A program made the position numbers and the translations under genes. Shown one piece after another: positions 9,493-19,827 of a stretch of 64,000 nucleotides of DNA. The notes beneath the pieces were generated by a model, which was given only the letters and a program-made list of their open reading frames with translations, had not been told where the DNA came from and made no database searches. How positions within the stretch are numbered: the stretch's first letter is position 1; each line of letters begins with the position of its first letter. The stretch is from a phage, in sequence record PZ386951.1; one strand, 5' to 3'.

Positions 9493-9963
9493 TTAATCAT
9501 GTGTCCACACCCCATCGGTATTTGACCAAAGTCGCTGATTATCTGATCCTCGCCACAGCTTTTTAGTCGGAAGATTTTTCTCATACTTCCCATCAATAAT
9601 AACATCAACATATTTAAGCATTTCTAGTTGTTTAATATCTTCAAACTTATATCCTGTCCACAACCAAATGCTTTTATTGGGATAAAGATTTTTAATAGTT
9701 TGAACCACAGAGTGAATCACGTCTCTGTTATCAGGATAAAGAGGGTCACCTCCGGTTATAGTTAATCCTTCTATATAATCATTATTCAAACATTCAATTA
9801 ATTGTTCTAGTGTTTCACCAGTGAATGGAATACCATTTCTAGCATTCCATGTTGATTTATTATAACACCCTTCACATTTATGCAAACAACCTGTAACGAA
9901 AAGAACGACCCTGCAACCAGGGCCATTAACAAAATCGCAAGGATAAAATCTATCATAATTCAT
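9493..9963 (-). CDS. nrdG: anaerobic ribonucleotide reductase activating protein (radical SAM)
   Basis: 156 aa; CLHKCEGC (CX3CX2C) cluster motif; stop overlaps nrdD. Confidence 0.9.
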   Translation of the reverse strand: MNYDRFYPCDFVNGPGCRVVLFVTGCLHKCEGCYNKSTWNARNGIPFTGETLEQLIECLNNDYIEGLTITGGDPLYPDNRDVIHSVVQTIKNLYPNKSIWLWTGYKFEDIKQLEMLKYVDVIIDGKYEKNLPTKKLWRGSDNQRLWSNTDGVWTHD

Positions 9964-11777
9964 TGGTGTTTAACCCTATGCATGATTTCTTTATTTTTGC
10001 CAAGATTAAATCCGCGTTCGTTCGGATTTCCCAAATAACCACATGTTCTTCTTATTGTGTTCATCTTTTTAGGATCAGTTTCTCCACAAATAGAACAAAC
10101 AAATCCGTTTTCAGTAGGAGTCATTTCATGGGTACTTCCGCATGTAAAACATTTATCTACTGGCATATTAACACCAAAATAATCTAAATGTTGTGCGGCA
10201 TAATCCCATACAGCCTCAAGACCTTTTAAGTTATTTTTCATATCAGGAAGTTCAACATAAGAAATGTGACCACCTGTCGCAATGAAATGATATGGCGCTT
10301 CACGAGAAATCTTTTCAAACGGAGTAATATTTTCTTCTACTGAAACATGGAAACTGTTAGTGTACCAGCCTTTATCAGTAACATCCTTTACACTTCCATA
10401 TTTTTCAGTATCAAGTTTACAGAAACGATAACAAAGGTTTTCAGCAGGAGTCGAATATAAACTAAAAGCAAATCCAGTTCTTTCAGTCCACTGTTTAAGA
10501 TGAGCATTCATTTTAGTTAAAATTTCTTGTCCAATATCACGACCGACAAGAATATTCAATTCGTGAATACCAATGTATCCTAGGGACACTGAACTTCTAC
10601 CGTTTTTAAATAACTCAATTATATCATCATCAGGTTTAAGACGAACCCCAAATGCACCTTCTTGGTAAAGAATAGGAGCAACAGTTGCTTTAACTCCTTT
10701 TAAGGAACTAATTCTACACATCAAAGCTTCAAAACATAAATCCATTCGTTCATTGAACAATTCAGTAAATTTCTGTTCATTGAACTGTGTTCCAATATAA
10801 GAATCTAATGCGATACGAGGAAGATTCAGTGTTACAACACCAAGATTATTACGTCCATCAAGAATTTCATTACCAGTCGAATCTTTCCATACGCTCAAGA
10901 AACTACGGCAACCCATCGGAGAAACAGGAACAGATGAACCAGTGATAGCTTTATTGTTCTTAGCTGAAATAATATCAGGATACATCCTTTTGCTTGCGCA
11001 CTCTAGAGCAAGCTGTTTAATATCATAGTTCGGATCGTCTTTGTAAAGATTAACACCTTCTTCAACGAACATAACAAGCTTAGGGAAAATAGGAGTTATC
11101 CCATCACGACCGAGACCTTTAATACGATTTTTCAGAATTGCTTTCTGAATCATTCGTTCAGTCCAGTCAGTTCCCGTACCAAATGTAATTGTTACAAAAG
11201 GCGTTTGTCCGTTTGAACTAAAGAGAGTATTTACTTCATATTCATAAGCTTGGAATGCATCGTATACGTCTTTTTCTGTTTTAGATTGAGCATAATTCAA
11301 CGCATCGGCGATTTGCCATTTTTCTGCATCCTCAATATGTTTTGCATAGGTGCGTTTAACATAAGGAGAAAGTACTTTATCTACATTCGCAAAAGTCGTT
11401 CCGCCGTATTGATGGGAAGCAACCTGTGCAGTAATTTGTGCCATAATTGCAGTAGCAACACCGATTGATTTAGGAGTTTCAATCTGTGCATTACCAAGCT
11501 TAAATCCGTTCTCAAGCATTCCTTTTAAATCTACTAAACAACAATTAGTAAATGGAAGAGCAGGGGAATAATCAATATCATGGAAATGAATAATTCCGCT
11601 TTCATGTGCTTTCATAATAAAAGACGGGACCATATTTTTGGCAATGTGTTTAGACACAATACCAGCCATAAGGTCCCGTTGAGTTGGAAAAACACGAGAA
11701 TCTTTATTAGCATTCTCGTTCAAAAGGTCTTTATTAGTTTTATGAATCAATCCTTCAATTTCTTTTTCAATTGTCAT
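9960..11777 (-). CDS. nrdD: anaerobic ribonucleoside-triphosphate reductase (class III), uninterrupted
   Basis: 605 aa; C-terminal glycyl-radical motif RTCGYLG and Zn-ribbon cysteines; single continuous ORF. Confidence 0.95.
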   Translation of the reverse strand: MTIEKEIEGLIHKTNKDLLNENANKDSRVFPTQRDLMAGIVSKHIAKNMVPSFIMKAHESGIIHFHDIDYSPALPFTNCCLVDLKGMLENGFKLGNAQIETPKSIGVATAIMAQITAQVASHQYGGTTFANVDKVLSPYVKRTYAKHIEDAEKWQIADALNYAQSKTEKDVYDAFQAYEYEVNTLFSSNGQTPFVTITFGTGTDWTERMIQKAILKNRIKGLGRDGITPIFPKLVMFVEEGVNLYKDDPNYDIKQLALECASKRMYPDIISAKNNKAITGSSVPVSPMGCRSFLSVWKDSTGNEILDGRNNLGVVTLNLPRIALDSYIGTQFNEQKFTELFNERMDLCFEALMCRISSLKGVKATVAPILYQEGAFGVRLKPDDDIIELFKNGRSSVSLGYIGIHELNILVGRDIGQEILTKMNAHLKQWTERTGFAFSLYSTPAENLCYRFCKLDTEKYGSVKDVTDKGWYTNSFHVSVEENITPFEKISREAPYHFIATGGHISYVELPDMKNNLKGLEAVWDYAAQHLDYFGVNMPVDKCFTCGSTHEMTPTENGFVCSICGETDPKKMNTIRRTCGYLGNPNERGFNLGKNKEIMHRVKHQ

Positions 11778-12247
11778 TTTAAACTCTTTCTAAGCTGCTT
11801 CTTAAATGAAGCTATTAATTGTGTTTTGGTGTCAGATTCATTATATTCAAATCCTCTTTGAAGCATCTCGGCCATCATTTCCTCTTTTCCTAAACGAGAA
11901 AATTCCTTTGATTTATCTCCAACAAAGTTAGGGTGAATATTATTTTGGGTGTAATCGGATTTTAAATAAGTAAGTAAATTTTCTAACCATTCAAGATAAT
12001 CAACACCTTGTCCCTTTAAGCCAGAACGATTAAATTTATGCTTCATTTGACCTTCTGCAGCATTGCATAGATTACAAAGCAATCCACGTACCTTTCCTGC
12101 TTTTGGTCCATTTAATTCATGGTCATGGTCGAGGTGATTAGCTTGAACATCAGGATTTAGTTCTCGTTGGCAAATTAAGCATTTACCGTTTTGTGCATCA
12201 TAAAATTTCTGTTTTTCTTCTTTATATAATTTGCCAGTCAATAACAT
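11774..12247 (-). CDS. 49: endonuclease VII (Holliday junction resolvase)
   Basis: 157 aa; zinc-binding CLICQ...CNLCN; length equals T4 gp49. Confidence 0.9.
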   Translation of the reverse strand: MLLTGKLYKEEKQKFYDAQNGKCLICQRELNPDVQANHLDHDHELNGPKAGKVRGLLCNLCNAAEGQMKHKFNRSGLKGQGVDYLEWLENLLTYLKSDYTQNNIHPNFVGDKSKEFSRLGKEEMMAEMLQRGFEYNESDTKTQLIASFKKQLRKSLK

Positions 12248-12289
12248 AATAAAACCCTTACCTTAAATAGATAAGGGTATTTATTATTT

Positions 12290-12775
12290 TCAAGTATTGT
12301 AAAACATTTGATTCAATCGCTTATATTGCCGAATCTTTTGGTCAGAAAAAGAAATTTGAGTTTCAAGCCATTCAATATATTCTGCCGCAGCTTGCATCAA
12401 ATTTCCTTCATAGCCATCGTTATTTTCTTGTGCAGCTAATTTAGCTAATGCATATGAAATACGTTCACCTTGAAAATCGGCTTTAGGCTTCTGAACAACT
12501 TGATTAGTTCGCTCTACAACTTCTTCAATTTCGCCATTTTCGACTGATTCAGTATTCCACAAGCACCAATACGTAATTGGCTTATCGTAGATGTTAATAA
12601 TCTTTCCATCAGAAAGTTCAATTTCAATAATTCCAGTATCAGGCTCTATATCATCTTCGCATTCTTTTGCAAGTTCACGAACTTTAAAGACGGTGCCTGC
12701 ACTAAGTTCCGGCCAGTAATTACACAGCCCTGTATCAGCACGATTAATTCTAAACCACTTATCTACTGTAATCAT
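12290..12775 (-). CDS. pin: protease inhibitor Pin-like (by position and length)
   Basis: Track ORF begins with a TTG codon; first ATG (MITVDKW) gives 161 aa, the T4 Pin length. Synteny 49-pin. Confidence 0.5.
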   Translation of the reverse strand: MITVDKWFRINRADTGLCNYWPELSAGTVFKVRELAKECEDDIEPDTGIIEIELSDGKIINIYDKPITYWCLWNTESVENGEIEEVVERTNQVVQKPKADFQGERISYALAKLAAQENNDGYEGNLMQAAAEYIEWLETQISFSDQKIRQYKRLNQMFYNT

Positions 12776-12898
12776 GTCCCATCTCCATATCAATTAAGTC
12801 ATTTATCGTTGGTTCATTATATACTGTTTCTTCATCAGTGTAAACCGGTTCTTCCGGCTCTGACTCTACAGTTTCCCATCTAGCCGCCCACCAAGGTT

Positions 12899-13219
12899 TT
12901 ATAGCGTAATCCATTCTCGTACTGTCTGAGTTACTACACGTTCACGGGGCTCGACTAGTTCAACAGTCGGAACTGCATAATACCAGTCAGAATGATAAGA
13001 ACCTGACCGAGATTCATTTACCGCTACATGTACATTATGTTTTGGACTAAAGTAAACACACTGACGATATTGGCATTTACCATCTTGCACCCAGTCTTCT
13101 ATTTCAACAGGTTTAAGATAATCGGAAAAATCGAAATCATAGTTTTCCGAAAATGCATCATGGTCTTCAATGATTTCGCTCAGAACTGCATCAACATCTA
13201 ATTTATTTTCAATAGTCAT
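12899..13219 (-). CDS. hypothetical acidic protein (106 aa)
   Basis: ORF. Confidence 0.5.
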   Translation of the reverse strand: MTIENKLDVDAVLSEIIEDHDAFSENYDFDFSDYLKPVEIEDWVQDGKCQYRQCVYFSPKHNVHVAVNESRSGSYHSDWYYAVPTVELVEPRERVVTQTVREWITL

Positions 13220-13232
13220 TTTTCACCAATTA

Positions 13233-13400
13233 ATTTCGCAATTTATTAAGTTCTTCATCATCAATCCAGGATTCTAGTCCTGATGGCAGGGCACATTCAA
13301 TTTCCCAAAGAAGTTCTTCAATTTTATGAAGACGATCTAGTTCTTCAGCAGGAATAGTAACCATTGACGGAGCTCGTGATACATTAATATCGTAAATCAT
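13233..13400 (-). CDS. hypothetical small protein (~56 aa), below track cutoff
   Basis: Own translation: MIYDINVSRAPSMVTIPAEELDRLHKIEELLWEIECALPSGLESWIDDEELNKLRN; fills an otherwise ORF-free 180 bp gap. Confidence 0.3.
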
Positions 13401-13402
13401 AT

Positions 13403-13618
13403 TTACCCCAATTTAACCATACAATCGCCGTATTTCCACTTAGAAATAGACTTTTCACCATTAGAATAATAAACTTCGAGTTTAGCACGATTATTTTTAA
13501 TTTGAATAACCTTTGCTGTCATCAAAGTTCCATACCCATAATAAACTGCAACTTCATCACCTACATATACCGCGCTTCCGCGGTAATCATGAATATAGTC
13601 ATTTCCTTCGAGCATCAT
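13403..13618 (-). CDS. hypothetical protein (71 aa)
   Basis: ORF abutting nrdC stop. Confidence 0.5.
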   Translation of the reverse strand: MMLEGNDYIHDYRGSAVYVGDEVAVYYGYGTLMTAKVIQIKNNRAKLEVYYSNGEKSISKWKYGDCMVKLG

Positions 13619-13878
13619 TTAAAATATTCTCGCAGTTGGTCAAATCCACCAATATGACTTCCATCAGGAGCAAATACTTGAGGCATCGTCAAGCCGATTT
13701 GAGTATCACGACCTAGTTTAGTCAGAAGCTCAGCAATTTTCTCATCATCAAAAACACCTTTTTCCGGCATAATGTTGATAAATTCAAACGGCTGTTTCTT
13801 CACGGTCAAAAGACGTTTTGCATTATCACAATACACACATTTGTGGATGTTGCTATCATAACCATATACTTTAAACAT
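13615..13878 (-). CDS. nrdC: thioredoxin/glutaredoxin NrdC
   Basis: 87 aa; CVYC active site; matches recalled T4 NrdC length and N-terminus. Confidence 0.9.
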   Translation of the reverse strand: MFKVYGYDSNIHKCVYCDNAKRLLTVKKQPFEFINIMPEKGVFDDEKIAELLTKLGRDTQIGLTMPQVFAPDGSHIGGFDQLREYFK

Positions 13879-13879
13879 A

Positions 13880-14122
13880 TTATTCCTTAATTCCTAGTAC
13901 TTGTTTAAAAGTCTCGTCGTAATCAAGACTTTGGCCCGTTTGTTCTTTATGTTTGTATATAATATCACTTACTTCTGATAGCATATTTTTATATGAACGA
14001 GTTAAAGCAGATTTAAGCACGCTGTATCTATCAGGAAATTTACCATGTTCATTATAATAAGCTATTACTAATTCACGGACTGCCTTTTCAGCAGTCTCCA
14101 TATATTCTTTACGCTTGGTCAT
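13880..14122 (-). CDS. hypothetical protein (~81 aa; start chosen at internal Met)
   Basis: Track ORF 13880..14281 overlaps the Zn-ribbon ORF in another frame; N-terminal part is likely not translated. Confidence 0.4.
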   Translation of the reverse strand: MTKRKEYMETAEKAVRELVIAYYNEHGKFPDRYSVLKSALTRSYKNMLSEVSDIIYKHKEQTGQSLDYDETFKQVLGIKE

Positions 14123-14405
14123 TTTCTTCTCGGTCAAATCGGTGTTTACAATGGCGACATTTATAACGAAGATTATTAGTCTGCCAATGGACCAATTGCA
14201 CCTGTTCAGTTCCACATTCAGGGCAATTAGGAACGTTTTTAGAAGCCCTTTCGCGACGCTTAACCATAGCCATAATGGCATCCCATGCTGGAGGTTTAAA
14301 ATCTAAATCGTCAGTAACTAGCAGTCCTTTATCAAACCCAGCGCATGGAGTCCATTCAGGAAAATCTGAAGCTTCGGCAATATCTTCTAATAAACGCTTT
14401 TTCAT
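14109..14405 (-). CDS. small zinc-ribbon protein (98 aa)
   Basis: CPECG...(14)...CRHC four-cysteine motif. Confidence 0.55.
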   Translation of the reverse strand: MKKRLLEDIAEASDFPEWTPCAGFDKGLLVTDDLDFKPPAWDAIMAMVKRRERASKNVPNCPECGTEQVQLVHWQTNNLRYKCRHCKHRFDREENDQA

Positions 14406-15328
14406 TTCAGTATCTCAATAGCATCACGTAAACCATTTGCTTTGGCGGTTAAAGCCTTAAGAACTTTAGTATGCTCTTCAATCTGTTTTTCAACTTCAAT
14501 CAAACGAGCATTGAGATATTCGCGTTCTTCTTTCATAGTATCATTCCCATGATTGGATTTTGGTGTAGGTTTAAATTCACTAGGGTCCTTTAATTTAATA
14601 ACAAATTTAGTTTCAAACAGTGAAAGACCATAATTCGTATTATCATCAAAGGATTTGACTACATCCATATCAGATAATAACACGCGTAAATTATAAGCCA
14701 AAGAACTAATAGTTTCATTGTGTTTATTAGCTTCGCGTGGTTTCATATACGGAAGATTTTTATATATCTCGTGCGGAGCACAAACAATAATTGACAATTC
14801 AAATTGCCCATTCTGGGACGATGGAGTGAATTTAGCCGTAACCCAGTCTTTTACATTCACATTAATAGTACGGTTATCACCATGACAAAACAGTCTACGA
14901 GAATGCTTAAAAAGCATATTCACGTTATTATTGAATTCGTGTGAAAATTCACTAGCAAATTTTTCTTTACTATCTTTAGAAAACCATTCTTCTAAATAAG
15001 TTCTTTTCACGTCGTTAATAATATTAAATGTAACAACACTAGCATTTGATACATTAGTCTCAATGTAGCTTGGATACATAAATTTTTTAACATTATTAAC
15101 AGCTATCACAGAAGATAGTAATCGGGAACGTTTGAACCACTCTAGCAAAGAACCAAGAGAATGTGAATATGCATTTTGTGTATCTTTACAAATATGGTTT
15201 TCCCATCCAATATAGTCTAAAAAATCACGAAGAATATTATTGATTACTGCTCTGTGTCCAATCTGATAATTACGGTGTTTAGTAATAAGACTGTCAAAAT
15301 AATCAATATAATGTTTACGAGTTTTCAT
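14402..15328 (-). CDS. hypothetical protein, paralog family member A (308 aa, C-terminal coiled coil)
   Basis: N-terminus MKTRKHYIDYFDSLI resembles B (TRNEYIKSFNSVI) and C (MKTRSQIED); C-terminal ~45 aa heptad-rich helix. Confidence 0.65.
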   Translation of the reverse strand: MKTRKHYIDYFDSLITKHRNYQIGHRAVINNILRDFLDYIGWENHICKDTQNAYSHSLGSLLEWFKRSRLLSSVIAVNNVKKFMYPSYIETNVSNASVVTFNIINDVKRTYLEEWFSKDSKEKFASEFSHEFNNNVNMLFKHSRRLFCHGDNRTINVNVKDWVTAKFTPSSQNGQFELSIIVCAPHEIYKNLPYMKPREANKHNETISSLAYNLRVLLSDMDVVKSFDDNTNYGLSLFETKFVIKLKDPSEFKPTPKSNHGNDTMKEEREYLNARLIEVEKQIEEHTKVLKALTAKANGLRDAIEILK

Positions 15329-15380
15329 GTTCTTCTCACTTGGTTAATGATTTATACTCCGAGCCATCCTTGGCTTTAAA

Positions 15381-16383
15381 TTACTTAATTAACTGTAAAG
15401 CTTGTTCAAGACGATCAAGACGATTAACGGATTCTTCCCAAATCTTTTTAGCCTGCTCATATTCTTTCTGCGCTTTATTAGAAATTTCTAGAGCTTCTTT
15501 ATAAGCTTTTTCTAGTGCAATAACTTCTGGACGAATTTCTATCGGTTCAGGTGAATCGTCAAGACATTCCATTAGTTCCTCAAGGGTAGTTTCTTCTTTA
15601 GGAGTATTCACAATTTCATCACATTTTTGTTGATAAATTTCTTTATCAGTAGGTGAGTACGCGCACTTTACTTCACGAAGACTAATTACAATTTTATATC
15701 CTTCCCAACCGCATATATTCTTAAAAGGATAAGTATGAATATTTTCTACTGTTTCCATACAAAGTAATGCGGTCTCTAATTGACGAGTTATAGTGCTAGC
15801 AATTGAGAAAAATTTATTAATATTCTTTTGGTTAGTTTCTGGTGTAAAAAATCCATAATTCACAAAAATAGATACTTTATTTTTATCAAGTTCATATTCT
15901 TTTATGATAATCATATCAGAAGCCAAAGGATGAATTTGACGATAATCGCCATAACATAATTTAGAAGCTGATTTTAGAATCTGTCCTTTGAAAAGTCTGA
16001 AATTACTAATCCAACGACGAGTAAAAATATTCTCAGGGTCTTCTTTATTATTAAGATGATAAGAATTAACATCACCGAACCAATTATATCCTACTACATC
16101 TTTGGTTCGTTTAATTTCTTTCCCAAAATTACCAAGAATATCCCGATTAACCAAATATGAAAGAAGACGAGACTCTTTAAAGGTTTTCTTGATAAGATCT
16201 TTATCTACACGGCTAGAAATTTTACGAATTTCATGAATAAATTTAGTAGAAGAAACAATACTTGCATCAACACTATTGAGCCATTGATTGATAATAGAAA
16301 GAACGATATTTTGACCAAACATCGGTATAGCTTTATCATCAATAACGCTATTGAATGATTTGATATATTCGTTACGAGTCATA
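15381..16383 (-). CDS. hypothetical protein, paralog family member B (~333 aa, C-terminal coiled coil)
   Basis: Start placed at MTRNEYIK (RBS GAGGAG); the longer track start would overlap the promoter. Confidence 0.65.
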
Positions 16384-16411
16384 TTAATCTCCTCAGTAGA
16401 AAGTAAGAACA

Positions 16412-16441
16412 TTATACCACATCCTTGTGGCAAAGTAAACT
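16412..16441 (-). promoter_or_regulatory. T4-type early promoter (GTTTAC ... TGgTATAAT)
   Basis: Minus strand: GTTTACtttgccacaaggatgTGGTATAAT, immediately upstream of paralog B. Confidence 0.6.
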
Positions 16442-17468
16442 AGTTCAGTGCATTTAGTGCATTGTTCAGTTTAGAACGTTGCTTTGTCAGATTTTGAACC
16501 CTTGACTGAGCTTGTTCTAACACCTTTTCAGCTTCTAGCACTTCATTAGTTGCTTTAACGAGTTCATCATCTACTGCCTTAAGAGACTTCTCAATCGCGT
16601 CAGCGTGCCATTTTTCTACAGGTTTAAAATTTGAATTTTCAGTAGGAAGAAAACTCACTTTATTAAGTTTACATGCATCTATATTGCTTGAGCTATACAT
16701 CCAAAATTTAGGATCGTTTGATAAGTAATTGGATAAATTTAAATTTAAGTTATCTTGTACTTCCTGCTTTTTCTCTTGCGGGACTTCGTCCTTTCTCAAA
16801 AAATCGTATTTAAATGAAACGATCATATCAAGTTCATATGATGTTGTATCTAATTTAAATCGTTCAAAACGAGGTAAAATCTTAGATTGAACAGCAGCAA
16901 CAACATCCATATACTTAAATGCTTCTGTCAACTGTGATTTAAGGCATTCACAAATTGAAAGAGAATTTTTTGTATTAGGTTTAAAACTAATTCGCGCAGT
17001 TCTATTATTTTCTTTTAACGGTCTTACTTCCATCTGAAGAGTATAACCATCAAATTTCAGATTCTTTAAGTTAATATCAGAGCCTTTTAATCGACTAGAA
17101 GTAGACAAAATTTGCTTTAATTGTTTACGGAATAGAGCAATAAATCTCCATTCAATACGATAATGATTTGGATTGAAAAATCCAGATGATAAATCGACCT
17201 TACTCTGACCAACACCTTGAACAAATAGAGGATTTTTATAATCAATAGTTTTACAGAAATCGGTGAGCTGCTCACGAGCAGTCATTTGCGTAATATACCC
17301 TGCTTTACTAAAATTACGCACCCATTCACTGCTATTCGTATACTTAAAGTGATGAATAACACGATTAACTTTATCAGGGTCTAAATTATTTTCACACAAA
17401 AATGTCATAACATCACGAGTATAACTGGCATTACGAACCATATCTTCAATTTGAGAACGAGTTTTCAT
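16440..17468 (-). CDS. hypothetical protein, paralog family member C (342 aa, C-terminal coiled coil)
   Basis: RBS AAGGAA 5 nt before ATG. Confidence 0.65.
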   Translation of the reverse strand: MKTRSQIEDMVRNASYTRDVMTFLCENNLDPDKVNRVIHHFKYTNSSEWVRNFSKAGYITQMTAREQLTDFCKTIDYKNPLFVQGVGQSKVDLSSGFFNPNHYRIEWRFIALFRKQLKQILSTSSRLKGSDINLKNLKFDGYTLQMEVRPLKENNRTARISFKPNTKNSLSICECLKSQLTEAFKYMDVVAAVQSKILPRFERFKLDTTSYELDMIVSFKYDFLRKDEVPQEKKQEVQDNLNLNLSNYLSNDPKFWMYSSSNIDACKLNKVSFLPTENSNFKPVEKWHADAIEKSLKAVDDELVKATNEVLEAEKVLEQAQSRVQNLTKQRSKLNNALNALN

Positions 17469-17476
17469 AGTGTTCC

Positions 17477-18385
17477 TTAAGATTTAAGTAAATCAACAAT
17501 TTTAATTAACTTTTCACGCTCAGATTTAGCTTTACTACTCAATCCAGATAGTCTGAAAATTTCATCGTCATACTGTTGAATAGAAATATTCAGCTCTTCA
17601 ATTTGCTTATTAAAATAATCAATTTGTTCAGAATGTTTTTCGTTACTACGAACTGGTACATGTTTTGTAGGTAATTTAGATGAACTGGATTCATCCGGGC
17701 GATAAATTAAAATACAACTTGAACCAATCGGGCATTTTGCACCAGACGAATATTCTAATGTTCCGGCTTCTTTTAAAACTTCAAAAGCTAAACAGAGATG
17801 ATGTCCCATATTAACATAATCTGTAGAGCGAGCTCTGATATAATAATCATCGCCGCGAATACTAAATTTAAAGCATTTAAGGTCTTCTGTATTATTGGTC
17901 TTAAAAATCATTTGTTTATCTAGACCTTTAGCTAATCGAGCGCCTAATGCTAATAATCGTCGTTGATTTTCCCACAAATCTGCGATCATTTGGTCAAATG
18001 ATAATTTCGGCATTAGTCGACCGTAAAGATCATAGCCTTTATTATAATTGCGAAGGATTTCACTCGCATTAATACGAGACAACGCTCCAATTTTATTAAG
18101 GGCTTTCATAATGCGATTAGATAAACCCATTCCAGACCCGTTTGTTCGTTGTAAATGTTTATCTAATCCAAACCCAATATCAACTTTAAATTTATCTAAA
18201 ATTTCAGCATGAACATCTCTGTCAATAACATTCAAATCCAAAGTTGGGTTAAATCTATGAAAAAATTTATCTGGCTCTCCACGACGAAGTACAGTCCATT
18301 CATTCAATTTTTTATTAACTAAAGATTTAATTACTGCATTGACATTATTAATTACGACTGACATATTTTCCTCACTCAATTTCAA
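17477..18385 (-). CDS. hypothetical protein, paralog family member D (302 aa, C-terminal coiled coil)
   Basis: Same architecture (globular N-terminal region plus helical tail); start may be the internal MSVVINN. Confidence 0.6.
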   Translation of the reverse strand: MKLSEENMSVVINNVNAVIKSLVNKKLNEWTVLRRGEPDKFFHRFNPTLDLNVIDRDVHAEILDKFKVDIGFGLDKHLQRTNGSGMGLSNRIMKALNKIGALSRINASEILRNYNKGYDLYGRLMPKLSFDQMIADLWENQRRLLALGARLAKGLDKQMIFKTNNTEDLKCFKFSIRGDDYYIRARSTDYVNMGHHLCLAFEVLKEAGTLEYSSGAKCPIGSSCILIYRPDESSSSKLPTKHVPVRSNEKHSEQIDYFNKQIEELNISIQQYDDEIFRLSGLSSKAKSEREKLIKIVDLLKS

Positions 18386-18779
18386 TTTTACTAAATATAC
18401 AGAATAAGATGGAACAGACTATATAAGCACCACACACAGATTGAACTAATACCATTCCAAAGAACCAAATAATATTATCAAACAATGTCTGTTTTACGTC
18501 GAAAGGACGTAAACTTACAGTAATATTATCACCTTTTTCTATTGAAGAATACATCTCTGGGGAAATATATTCACTAAATCTATAACCGTCTTTGAGTTCA
18601 TATACAGCAATAAATGATAAACTAGACCCCTTTCCTTGAGTTCCTGTAATGGTATTAACTACAGTAACATCATAATCTTTATAATGCATATAATCATTAA
18701 TTGCGTAATAACCATATGCAATTACTATACATAAACAACATATCAATAAATTCAATCTTTTAATTATCAACCGTTTCAT
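18372..18779 (-). CDS. membrane protein (135 aa, two predicted TM helices)
   Basis: Hydrophobic segments LICCLCIVIAYGYYAI and IIWFFGMVLVQSVCGAYIVCSILFCIF. Confidence 0.55.
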   Translation of the reverse strand: MKRLIIKRLNLLICCLCIVIAYGYYAINDYMHYKDYDVTVVNTITGTQGKGSSLSFIAVYELKDGYRFSEYISPEMYSSIEKGDNITVSLRPFDVKQTLFDNIIWFFGMVLVQSVCGAYIVCSILFCIFSKIEIE

Positions 18780-18808
18780 AATAATCTCAATTAAAAGGGC
18801 TTAGAACC

Positions 18809-18817
18809 ATTATACCA
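18809..18817 (-). promoter_or_regulatory. extended -10 element TGgTATAAT within a short inverted repeat (candidate early promoter)
   Basis: Minus strand TGGTATAAT flanked by ttatacc/ggtataa inverted repeat; no clear GTTTAC. Confidence 0.3.
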
Positions 18818-18834
18818 TCCTTGGTATAAAGCGG

Positions 18835-19362
18835 TTATGCGAGTACCGTCTTTAACCGTTCTTCAAACTTCCGAAGAGTATTTTGGCGTTCAGCTCTTTG
18901 CTTTTTGTAAGTTTCAATACGCTCTGAAATGAGAGTGTATCGTTCATTTACTGATTCTTTCATAAAATCAGGAATTTCACGAGAAGTTTTAATCTCGTCA
19001 AATTTATCAATAACAGCTTGCTCTTCAGCAATTAAGTTATCATACATCAAAATATCTTTCTTGATGAACTCAATATCTTCTTGAGTTACACGAGATAATT
19101 TAGATGCTTTATCCTTTTTGTACTGTTCGTTAGTATCACGAGACCAGTGTAATGTACGATTTTTATTCGTATTCTTGTAAATTTCTACAATACCAATCTC
19201 ATCGATAATAACGATCCAATTCCAACGGGATTTGTAAATTTGTCCTCCATCAACAGTGATTTCACCTCCGATTGAGATGTCATTAAAGAACTTGCTTTGT
19301 GCTTCTGATTTAAATTTACCATCGTTGTAATTTACCAGGTTGAAAATATCTTTAGCGTTCAT
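18835..19362 (-). CDS. hypothetical protein (175 aa)
   Basis: RBS GGAGG 8 nt upstream of ATG. Confidence 0.6.
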   Translation of the reverse strand: MNAKDIFNLVNYNDGKFKSEAQSKFFNDISIGGEITVDGGQIYKSRWNWIVIIDEIGIVEIYKNTNKNRTLHWSRDTNEQYKKDKASKLSRVTQEDIEFIKKDILMYDNLIAEEQAVIDKFDEIKTSREIPDFMKESVNERYTLISERIETYKKQRAERQNTLRKFEERLKTVLA

Positions 19363-19390
19363 TTTGTGTTCCTCCGTAGTTGATAGTTGT

Positions 19391-19420
19391 ATAGTACCAC
19401 AGAGGAACAGTCTTGTAAAC
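19391..19420 (-). promoter_or_regulatory. T4-type early promoter cassette
   Basis: Minus strand GTTTACaagactgttcctctgTGGTACTAT; leader caactatcaactac shared with copies at 20835 and 36211. Confidence 0.55.
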
Positions 19421-19422
19421 CA

Positions 19423-19737
19423 CTAAAAGAAACTTCTTTCACAATTTTTTCCACTGAACCATGCGCTCACTGCTTTCTTAGTCTCAGGAGCGGTGTTATC
19501 CATAAACCATTCAAAGGCAGCCTTTTTATGATTCTGGAGGGCTTCTCGGGCTTTAATCTGCTCACGGTCTATTAACACTAACATATGAGCCTTTCTTGTC
19601 ACCAAGGGCTTCTTATGATTTTTTGAATACTCCCAATCATTTGTCCATCGCATCGTTGTTGCGAATTGAAATACAGCTTCTTTAATTTTAGTTTCGTAAA
19701 TTTCACGAGCCTTTGAGTATAACATCACTACCTCCAT
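19423..19737 (-). CDS. hypothetical protein (~100-104 aa)
   Basis: ORF; start may be the second Met. Confidence 0.5.
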   Translation of the reverse strand: MEVVMLYSKAREIYETKIKEAVFQFATTMRWTNDWEYSKNHKKPLVTRKAHMLVLIDREQIKAREALQNHKKAAFEWFMDNTAPETKKAVSAWFSGKNCERSFF

Positions 19738-19827
19738 TTACCAGTTTAATTCTAATCATCTTTTTGATGGCAGTCCATATAATCTATTTCTGAACTGCCT
19801 TTTTGTCATAGAAGTCCTCTTATGAAT

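Noticed and set aside
9960-11777. Group I intron or homing endonuclease inside nrdD
   Set aside because: nrdD reads as one uninterrupted 605-codon frame with the glycyl-radical motif intact.
12290-12793. Track start of the pin-like ORF (167 aa)
   Set aside because: The first codon of the track ORF is TTG; the first ATG gives 161 aa, which matches the expected Pin length, so the shorter start was used.
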